64,000 bases of DNA. It comes from Actinomycetota bacterium (GTDB lineage Bacteria > Actinomycetota > Acidimicrobiia > Acidimicrobiales > Ilumatobacteraceae). The DNA lies in assembly GCA_037140375.1 (NCBI GenBank), contig JBAXER010000006.1, positions 975 through 64,974 of the forward strand, written 5' to 3'. The position numbers were made by a program, and so were the translations under genes. The notes beneath the pieces were generated by a model. It worked only from the letters and a program-made list of their open reading frames with translations, searched no databases and was not told the DNA's origin. Positions 54,284 to 64,000 of the stretch are shown here, one piece after another. Position 1 is the stretch's first letter. Every line of letters begins with the position of its first letter.

Positions 54284-55198
54284 CTAGATGGTGGTGAGCA
54301 GTGGTGCGACGTCGGTTGCAAATGCAACCATCTGCTCGCAGATCTCGTCGCAGCTGCGGGCCTTGAAGCGCACCTGCAGTTGGTTCACGCCGTCGGGTGT
54401 GCCAGCCAAAATCTGCTCGGCAACAGCGGTGGGTGATCCGGTGACTGTGTCGGCCCCGATGTCCCATGTGGCGTTGCCCACGTGAAGGAACGGTGTGATG
54501 TGGCCGATCATCATTGGACGGTCCGCTCGGCCGGCGGCCTCGCGGCCAGCCTGCAACGTAGCGACCATCGCTGCGGTGGAAGGGCCCTGTGGCAGCCAAC
54601 CGTCGCCGAACTTGGCGGCGCGGCGAATTGCCGGATCGCTAGAACCAGCCACCCAGACGGGGGGGCGGGGCGACTGAACCGGACGTGGGCGTGCGCCGAA
54701 GCCATCGACGAACTCGTTCTCGAGTGCCTCCATGAACACGGGCAACGCTTCGTCGACCATGCGGCCGCGACGGTGGTAATCGACACCGAGCTTTTCGAAC
54801 TCGGCCTGCACATGTCCGGCGCCTACGCCGGCAAGGGCGCGACCACCCGACAACCAGTCGAGGTTGGCGAACTGCTTCGCCGCCACAAGTGGGTGACGAT
54901 ACGGCAACACGTACACGTGTGTCAGCAGGCCAACTCGCGTGGTGAGCGCTGCAAGCCACGACAGGGTGCTGATGGGCTCGGCCCAATGCGTGCCCATGCC
55001 GCCAACCACTGAGTCGGGCAGCGCTACGTGGTCGCAGACGCCCACATAGTGAAAGCCGTTGTCGTCGGCGGTCTTGGTCACGCGCGCCAGCTCGGTTGGT
55101 CCGGCCGTGCGTTCCCATTCGGATACGAAATAGTTGCTCTGCGCTTGGATCGGCAGTTGCATGCCGAACACCCGCGCCCCGTGCGGGATCTCAATCAT
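54284..55198 (-). CDS. LLM class F420-dependent oxidoreductase
   Basis: The start is at MIEIPHGARVFGMQLPIQ, giving 304 aa. Blocks include GFHYVGVCDHVALP and GGRALAGVGAGHVQAEF. Confidence 0.8.
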   Translation of the reverse strand: MIEIPHGARVFGMQLPIQAQSNYFVSEWERTAGPTELARVTKTADDNGFHYVGVCDHVALPDSVVGGMGTHWAEPISTLSWLAALTTRVGLLTHVYVLPYRHPLVAAKQFANLDWLSGGRALAGVGAGHVQAEFEKLGVDYHRRGRMVDEALPVFMEALENEFVDGFGARPRPVQSPRPPVWVAGSSDPAIRRAAKFGDGWLPQGPSTAAMVATLQAGREAAGRADRPMMIGHITPFLHVGNATWDIGADTVTGSPTAVAEQILAGTPDGVNQLQVRFKARSCDEICEQMVAFATDVAPLLTTI

Positions 55199-55274
55199 GT
55201 GACAACCGTAACGCACCCCACGGAGATTTCTGACACCGCGTCAGATTTCTCGCTGGCCGCAAGAATCGGGGCCG

Positions 55275-56096
55275 TCAGCCCACGTCGTGCCAGGCCGATA
55301 ACCGCTGCGCGCTGTCGTCGCCAGGTAGCGGAAGTTGGCAGATAACTCGCAGGTGAGGCCACTCGGCGGGGATCATCTGCTGATACTCAAAGGTCAGTTC
55401 ACCGGCACGAGGATGGTGATAGCGACGCAGTCGGGTGTGGAATCCAGCCACGTCGTGCTCGGGCCACCACACCGCAAACTCGGGGCTGCGCGCCAGCAGG
55501 CGCTCGACGAGATCGATCACGACCGGATCATCCATGAGCCGCGTGGTGCTGGCCCGAAACTCGGCGAGTGTGCTGCGCGCCCGGTCGTGCCAGCCGGCGA
55601 TGAGTGCCTTGGCCGTCGGCTCGCAGAACATCACCCACAGCAGATTGCGCTCGTGCTCGGGCAGGTTGCTGAGTGCGGGATACAACTTGTCTTGCGCTGC
55701 GTTCCACGCCACGTATTCCCAACGTGGGCCGAGCACATATGCAGGCGATGGTTCCATCGAGGCAATCAGCCGAACGATGGCATCGGGAGCCTCGAGCGTG
55801 CGCTCTACCGGGTCGAACGATTCGCCACTGGCCAGTGCCAGCAGGTGCGAACGGCCAGCCTCGTCGAGGCGCAACGTTCGTGCCAACGCCTGCAGTACGT
55901 CGCGTGATGCGTTGATCCGTCGACCTTGTTCGAGCCACGTGTACCAAGTGAGCGACACGCCTGCGAGTAACGCAACTTCTTCTCGGCGTAGGCCCGGCGT
56001 TCGTCGTCGGGTGCCTGCGGGCAGACCCACATCGATAGGGCGCAGAGCGTCGCGCCGAGCTCTCAGAAACTCTCCGAGCTCGACGCGACGATCCAT
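55275..56096 (-). CDS. XRE-type HTH transcriptional regulator with MmyB-like ligand-binding domain
   Basis: 273 aa. The LGEFLRARRDALRP...GLRREEVALLAGVSLTWYTWLEQGR signature is typical of MmyB-like regulators. Confidence 0.8.
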   Translation of the reverse strand: MDRRVELGEFLRARRDALRPIDVGLPAGTRRRTPGLRREEVALLAGVSLTWYTWLEQGRRINASRDVLQALARTLRLDEAGRSHLLALASGESFDPVERTLEAPDAIVRLIASMEPSPAYVLGPRWEYVAWNAAQDKLYPALSNLPEHERNLLWVMFCEPTAKALIAGWHDRARSTLAEFRASTTRLMDDPVVIDLVERLLARSPEFAVWWPEHDVAGFHTRLRRYHHPRAGELTFEYQQMIPAEWPHLRVICQLPLPGDDSAQRLSAWHDVG

Positions 56097-56136
56097 GTGC
56101 GCTATTCGATCAGATCGCTGTTCGTGTCGCTACTGC

Positions 56137-58392
56137 TTACTTGGTTGCGCGCTCGTTGTCGGCTGCCACGTATGGGTGGCATGGCTGGCCACGCAGCGCG
56201 CCACAAGCGGCGATGCCCGCAGGAATCGACACGCCCGGTACCACTGGCAACACGATGGCCGATGGGTACTTCGAGTCGTGCGCAATCGTGACGGTCTCGC
56301 CCTTGCTCAGCGAATCGAACTCCCACACTGGGCGGCTGTTGCCTGGCGCATCGATGGTGATGCGGATCTGGCTGCCGGTGCGGAACGCGTAAGCGAACGG
56401 GAACATCTCGACCCGAACCGGCGTGAACTCGCCGGCTGGAAGTGGCGCTGCGTCTGCCTTGGCGTGGGTGTGCGCTGGGTAGACATCGGTTGCGTTCTTG
56501 GTGTCGATGGCGCGCTGCGAGGCACGCAGCCAGCCGGTCTGGATGTACATCTCGGTGCCGTCGGGACGAACTTCGGTGATGGTCACCTCAAGGTCGGTAT
56601 CGGGCGATGTCGACTTGATCCAGAGGTCGATCGAGCCGGTTCCGATGACAGCAATGTCACTCTTGAGTGGTGCCGTGATGTAGCCAAGGCCGGTGCCCGA
56701 AGGAATCGAGCGCCAGTCGTAGACCACATCGGCGCCCCACACGTCTTGGCTGCGTCCGCCTGGGTAGAACGCCTTTGGCAGTGCGGTTGGGTCGGCCTTA
56801 TAGCTGTCGGCGGTGCCGGTTGTTTGCTTGTCGGAGTTCAGCGAACCGTTGTCGCCTAAGTACCACGTGGTTGATACGGCGCTTGGAATTGGCCATGTCT
56901 TGTAGCTCTCGATCCAACGTGGCAATGGTCCGCTTGGCACGGTCTTGCCCGAGGCGCCTTCTTCGAAAAGCACGCGCACTGTTGGCTCAGACTCAAACAT
57001 CGTGAGTGATTCGGCAAGGGTCTTGCCAGTGAATCGGTCGGCAGGCAACTCGGGAGTAGCAGTGTGGTAGACGCCCGGCACGAGCACGGCTGCGACCACA
57101 CGAGCGCCAGCAAGCGTCGGCACTTTCTTGGCCACGTACAACGAATAGAACTCGGCCATTCGAGCGAACACGGTTGGGCTCAACGACTCGGTGTGCAGAC
57201 CGTTCACGAGGTCTACGTACAGGTGCGGAGTGCCCGTGAAATTCTTGATCATGTTCGGGAAGTGGCCACCGGTCTGCTCGTCTTGCCAAGCTCCGGCCAA
57301 GAACACAGGCACCTTGATCTTGTCGACGAATGTGCTTGGCGAGTAGGCATCGGCGAGGGTTGGGTCGTAGTAGATGTTGTCCTTGGTGACCTGCAAGAAG
57401 TCGGGGTTCTGCAAGCGCAACTTCTGGTTGTCGGCGCACTTGGTGTCGCCGCCGTCGGCCTTCTCTTTGGACCAACCCTGACCGTAGATCTTTGCTGCGT
57501 CGAAACGCTCTTGCAGGAATGGGGCGGCGAAGCCGGTGTTCAAAATGCCGCCGGGGTAACCGGTGGCGCGATACGAGTCGTCGAGCACGCTCAATGGGGC
57601 AATGGCCTCAAGGCTTGGTGGCTGCGTTGCGGCCACGAACAACTGGGTGATGCCCGGGTACGAGATGCCGCCCATGCCCACCTTGTGATCGAGCACCCAA
57701 GGCTGGGCGGCGATTGCCTCGATGGCGTCATAGCCGTCGACACTTTGTGGTCGTTCGAAGAACAGGTACGAACCGCCGCTGCAGCCGGTGCCGCGCATGT
57801 TCACGCCAACGTACGCGTAGCCCAAGGCGTTAAACAACAAGCCGAAGGTGGTGTTGGCCGGGTTGCTGGGGTCATAGCCCGAGTACTCGACCACGGTTGG
57901 GTACGGACCCTTGTCGGCTGGTCCGGGCAGCATCACGTTCATGCTCAACGTGGTGCCGTCACGGGTGGTGAGGTAGCCGAAGCCACCGGCCGGCAGCTTC
58001 TGGTCGCCATAGAACGATTGGGCCGGAACCTTCGACTCGTCGAACACGTCGGCGGGTGCGCTGGCCGTTGGGCTGGCTCCCACGGTGCGCACGATGTAGC
58101 TGCCCGCTGGAATGGTGCGCTGCAGGAACGAGCCCTGCTCGTCGGCGACGCCAGTGCCAGCAACGGTGCCGTCGGCGGCGACGACCTCGAGCTTGTCGCC
58201 AGGCGTAGCGCCGAGCACTGCGATCTGGTTCATACCGGGTTGCACGGTGAACGTGGCCAACGGCAACGCGATCGTGGTGGTGGTGCTCTCCGGCGACGTG
58301 GCCGGCGAACTGTTCGATGAACTGCTCGAGCAGGCACCGGCGAAGGTCGCCAGCACGATGGTCGCGGCGATGAGTGATCTGGATTTGCGCAT
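56137..58392 (-). CDS. CocE/NonD family hydrolase (X-Pro dipeptidyl-peptidase S15-like), lipoprotein
   Basis: The start is at MRKSRSLIAATIVLATFAGACSSSSS (lipobox), giving 751 aa. An Ig-like N-terminal domain is followed by an alpha/beta hydrolase with the nucleophile motif GISYPG and a C-terminal jelly-roll domain. Confidence 0.8.
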   Translation of the reverse strand: MRKSRSLIAATIVLATFAGACSSSSSNSSPATSPESTTTTIALPLATFTVQPGMNQIAVLGATPGDKLEVVAADGTVAGTGVADEQGSFLQRTIPAGSYIVRTVGASPTASAPADVFDESKVPAQSFYGDQKLPAGGFGYLTTRDGTTLSMNVMLPGPADKGPYPTVVEYSGYDPSNPANTTFGLLFNALGYAYVGVNMRGTGCSGGSYLFFERPQSVDGYDAIEAIAAQPWVLDHKVGMGGISYPGITQLFVAATQPPSLEAIAPLSVLDDSYRATGYPGGILNTGFAAPFLQERFDAAKIYGQGWSKEKADGGDTKCADNQKLRLQNPDFLQVTKDNIYYDPTLADAYSPSTFVDKIKVPVFLAGAWQDEQTGGHFPNMIKNFTGTPHLYVDLVNGLHTESLSPTVFARMAEFYSLYVAKKVPTLAGARVVAAVLVPGVYHTATPELPADRFTGKTLAESLTMFESEPTVRVLFEEGASGKTVPSGPLPRWIESYKTWPIPSAVSTTWYLGDNGSLNSDKQTTGTADSYKADPTALPKAFYPGGRSQDVWGADVVYDWRSIPSGTGLGYITAPLKSDIAVIGTGSIDLWIKSTSPDTDLEVTITEVRPDGTEMYIQTGWLRASQRAIDTKNATDVYPAHTHAKADAAPLPAGEFTPVRVEMFPFAYAFRTGSQIRITIDAPGNSRPVWEFDSLSKGETVTIAHDSKYPSAIVLPVVPGVSIPAGIAACGALRGQPCHPYVAADNERATK

Positions 58393-58480
58393 GGCTGCGA
58401 TTCTGACACGGTGGGTACCTCGCGGCGCTACGCATCGAATCGACACTGCCTCGCTGGTCTCGATCAGGCAGAATGGCCAC

Positions 58481-59581
58481 GTGCCCAACCTCGACCTCGA
58501 ACTGATGCTGACCGACCTCGAGACGTTGGTGAACATCGAGTCGCCATCGCGCGATGTGCAGGCGCTCGCCGTGTCGGCTGCGGCGCTGGCTTCGCTCATC
58601 GAGCAGCGCCTCGGCGGAACAGCAGAGATCATCGATTCACCGGTCGGACCGCACGTTCGCTGGTCGGGTGGCGGTGAGCCCAAGGTGCTCGTGCTCGGCC
58701 ACCACGACACGGTGTTCCCATTCGGATCGGTGGCAGCGCGGCCGTTCAAAGTTGTCGAAGGTCGGGCGATGGGCCCTGGCGTGTTCGACATGAAGGCGGG
58801 CATCGTGCAAGCCATTCACGGGCTCGCGCAGTTGCCCGATCTCTCGGGCGTCGAGATTCTTTTTTCTGCTGATGAAGAAACCGGCTCGCACGACTCGCGC
58901 GGCCTCATCGTGCAGCGTGCGCTTGCGTGCGGCGCAGCGTTAGTGCTCGAGCCCAGTGCCGATGGCGGAGCGCTCAAGACAGCGCGCAAGGGCACCGGCA
59001 CCTTCGAATTGCTCATCCACGGCCGTGCCTCGCATGCCGGACTCGAGCCCGAAAAGGGTGTCAACGCGCTCATCGAAGCGGCGCATCAAGTGCTCGCCGT
59101 GAGCACGCTGGGCGACACCACTACGGGTACCACGGTCACGCCCACGCTTGCTTCAGCGGGCACCGCCGACAACGTGGTTCCAGCCCTCGCAACACTCACC
59201 ATTGATGTACGCGTCGAGGCGCCAGGCGAGAAAGAGCGCATCGAGGCCGCCATGGCAGGTCTGCATCCGCACCTCAGCGAATCTCGGCTCGAACTTCGCG
59301 GCGGCATCAATCGTCCGCCAATGCCGGTGTCATCGTCGGCGTGGCTGTTTCCGCTCGCCGTGCAAGTGGCCCGCGACCTCGGGCTTGGCGAGATCGCAGG
59401 CGTGGCGGTGGGCGGCGGCTCTGATGGCAACTTCACCGCAGCCAATGGCGTGGCCACACTCGATGGCCTTGGCGCGGTTGGTGGCGGCGCACACGCCGAT
59501 CACGAATACGTGTTGGTCGCGACGATGCCTGATCGGGCTCGGCTGCTCGGCGGCATTGTGGCCGCACTGCAAGCGCGCTAG
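58481..59581 (+). CDS. M20 family metallopeptidase (carboxypeptidase G2-like)
   Basis: GTG at 58481 gives VPNLDLELMLTDLETLVNIESPS; ATG at 58505 is an alternative start. Motifs include LVLGHHDTVFP, GPGVFDMKAG and SADEETGS. Confidence 0.8.
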   Translation: MPNLDLELMLTDLETLVNIESPSRDVQALAVSAAALASLIEQRLGGTAEIIDSPVGPHVRWSGGGEPKVLVLGHHDTVFPFGSVAARPFKVVEGRAMGPGVFDMKAGIVQAIHGLAQLPDLSGVEILFSADEETGSHDSRGLIVQRALACGAALVLEPSADGGALKTARKGTGTFELLIHGRASHAGLEPEKGVNALIEAAHQVLAVSTLGDTTTGTTVTPTLASAGTADNVVPALATLTIDVRVEAPGEKERIEAAMAGLHPHLSESRLELRGGINRPPMPVSSSAWLFPLAVQVARDLGLGEIAGVAVGGGSDGNFTAANGVATLDGLGAVGGGAHADHEYVLVATMPDRARLLGGIVAALQAR

Positions 59582-59592
59582 CGGCGAGCGGC

Positions 59593-62502
<2,910 letters not shown>

Positions 62503-62521
62503 TCGGTGGCACAATAGAGCC

Positions 62522-62884
62522 ATGCCGATGCGCCAAGAGTGCAAGAACTTTGAGAGTCGCACCTATGCGGGCGGCGAAACTGTTCGCAAGTGCAATCTCG
62601 ATCTTGCTCCCGACGCGCCGTGGCGTTGTCCCGAGAATTGTCACGCCTACGAGCGTCGCCTTGCCGATGTGAACTGGGCCGTGGGGTCATTGATCACACC
62701 TCCCACTCCACCCGAGCCGCCAGGGCTCGACGACGGCACTGCTGCGGCGGTGCTCGATGAAGCCGAAGACTTCCTCAATCAGGTTGGTCAGCAGGTCATG
62801 GCCGATATGCGCAGGGGTATTCCGCCGTTGCCCGATGAGGGCAAAGGGCTGCGCCGGTTCTTCAAACGTCGAGGCAGTAGCTAA
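62522..62884 (+). CDS. small Cys-rich hypothetical protein (CX16CX11CX3CH) inserted between sufB and sufD
   Basis: 120 aa, with an ATG 19 nt after the sufB stop. Cys residues sit at positions 7, 24, 36 and 40, followed by His41. A Pro-rich linker, an acidic helix and a basic tail (GLRRFFKRRGSS) follow. Codon usage is compatible with the neighbouring genes. Confidence 0.55.
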   Translation: MPMRQECKNFESRTYAGGETVRKCNLDLAPDAPWRCPENCHAYERRLADVNWAVGSLITPPTPPEPPGLDDGTAAAVLDEAEDFLNQVGQQVMADMRRGIPPLPDEGKGLRRFFKRRGSS

Positions 62885-62957
62885 CTCAACAGCGAACTCT
62901 CGCTGGTCGCCGGCGGCAGCCGGTTAATTTCTCCTACGGAGACAGTAGTATTTCGGG

Positions 62958-64000
62958 GTGCATTCGTTTACCCCCGACGCCGTGCGCAGCCTGCGTTTGG
63001 CCGACACCGATTCACGGTTGGCGGCCCTTGAGCGTTTTGCTGCAGCCACGTTCCCCACCGCCCAAGACGAAATCTGGCGGTATAGCCGCATCGCCGAGCT
63101 TGATCTCGCGGCGTATTCGCCCGGCACCATGTCAACCACCATCACTGGTGCCGATTCGGTGCTCACCACCGACGAACTCGATGTCAGCGATCACTCGCTC
63201 GACCTGTTCGAAGATCTCAACCAGGCGTTCGCCTCGGTCATCCGCTTGCGCATTCCGCGCGGCAAGGTGCTCGAGCAGCCAATCGTCATCACCCATGTGT
63301 TGCAGAGCAGTGGTGTGGCGTGTTTCCCTCGTCTCGACATCGATGCTGGCGACGACAGCGAAGTCACGGTCATCGAGCGCTTCATGTCGGCCGACGATGT
63401 CACTGGCATCGTGATGCCGGTGTTGCATGTGCGGGCCCGTCAGGCCGCTCGGGTGAAGTACCTGGCGATCAACGAGCTCGGTAGCTCGGTCTGGCAGATC
63501 GCGAATCAGCAGTCGGTGGGCGAGCGCGACTCATCCACGTTGTTGTCGGCAGTGGCGCTCGGTGGCGATTACGCCCGAGTGCGCACGCACGCCAAGCTCG
63601 TTGGCCAAGGCTCGAGCACACGTCAGGTAGCGCTCTACTTCGCCGACGGTTCGCAGACTCACGACTTCCGCATCACCCAAGAGCACATCGCGCCCAAGAC
63701 CAGCGCCGACCTGTTGTTCAAAGGCGCGGTCAACGATGTCGCCCGCAGCGTGTACACCGGCCTCATCAAAATTGGCCCCGACGCTCGCGGCACACAGGCC
63801 TTTCAGACCAACCGCAACCTCACCCTCAGCGATGGCGCTTGGGCCGAGAGCGTGCCCAACCTTGAGATCGAGACCAACGATGTCAAGTGCAGCCATGCCA
63901 GCACTGTTGGACCCATCGACGAAGACCAGCGTTTCTATCTCGAGAGCCGCGGCATCCAGCCCGACATCGCCGAGCGGCTTGTTGTGCTCGGCTTCTTCGA
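62958..64000 (+). CDS. sufD: Fe-S cluster assembly protein SufD (5' part, runs off the right edge)
   Basis: Absent from the ORF track because it has no stop in the window. GTG at 62958 is the first start after an in-frame TAG at 62946. The product begins VHSFTPDAVRSL...FPTAQDEIWRYSRI. Further blocks are LLFKGAVNDVARSVYTGLIKI and LEIETNDVKCSHASTVGPIDEDQRFYLESRGI. Confidence 0.85.
   Translation, partial: MHSFTPDAVRSLRLADTDSRLAALERFAAATFPTAQDEIWRYSRIAELDLAAYSPGTMSTTITGADSVLTTDELDVSDHSLDLFEDLNQAFASVIRLRIPRGKVLEQPIVITHVLQSSGVACFPRLDIDAGDDSEVTVIERFMSADDVTGIVMPVLHVRARQAARVKYLAINELGSSVWQIANQQSVGERDSSTLLSAVALGGDYARVRTHAKLVGQGSSTRQVALYFADGSQTHDFRITQEHIAPKTSADLLFKGAVNDVARSVYTGLIKIGPDARGTQAFQTNRNLTLSDGAWAESVPNLEIETNDVKCSHASTVGPIDEDQRFYLESRGIQPDIAERLVVLGFF

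Noticed and set aside
55435-58320. Long plus-strand ORFs 55435-56859 (474 aa) and 57064-58320 (418 aa)
   Set aside because: They are antisense to the MmyB-like regulator and the CocE/NonD hydrolase, both of which have clear family signatures. No motifs were recognised and the composition is typical of antisense frames.
58393-58815. N-terminal extension of the 892-aa CocE/NonD ORF
   Set aside because: It overlaps the divergent M20 peptidase gene. The internal ATG at 58392 yields a textbook lipoprotein signal peptide.

Overview
The window is GC-rich and densely coding, with about 55 protein genes. Many neighbouring genes have 4-nt start/stop overlaps and GTG or TTG starts. Gene content points to a chromosomal region of a high-GC Actinomycetota genome: F420-type luciferase-like oxidoreductases, a mycothione reductase homologue, DUF4012, a DUF222/HNH (REP13E12-like) gene, WS/DGAT and SufBD.

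From left to right the window holds:
- a c-di-GMP divergon with two GGDEF-EAL proteins;
- an ABC exporter next to DUF4012;
- an ABC-ABC-WS/DGAT operon;
- sulfite reductase with DUF4202;
- an MFS-TetR-decarboxylase string;
- pxpBC, deoC/deoA and a metal ABC importer;
- a long block of CoA-thioester and redox genes (FadH-like reductase, two acyl-CoA ligases, two thiolase-fold and two DUF35 proteins, a crotonase, three LLM oxidoreductases);
- a CocE/NonD hydrolase, an M20 peptidase, argG and the start of a suf operon.

Reading by eye, I recognised no rRNA, tRNA, CRISPR array, transposase, integrase, phage block or known defence system.

The four observations I rate highest are:
1. A tightly coupled DUF35-DUF35-thiolase-fold-thiolase-fold-mycothione reductase operon. 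Both thiolase-fold proteins seem to lack the nucleophilic Cys.
2. A near-consensus LexA SOS box upstream of the solitary DUF222/HNH gene.
3. A small 4-Cys ORF inserted between sufB and sufD.
4. An operon of unknown protein, FadD19-like ligase and a GT-C-like membrane protein.

All functional calls come from motif and family recognition by eye, with no database search. Start codons were chosen from overlaps, SD-like sequences and homologue lengths and may be off by a few codons.
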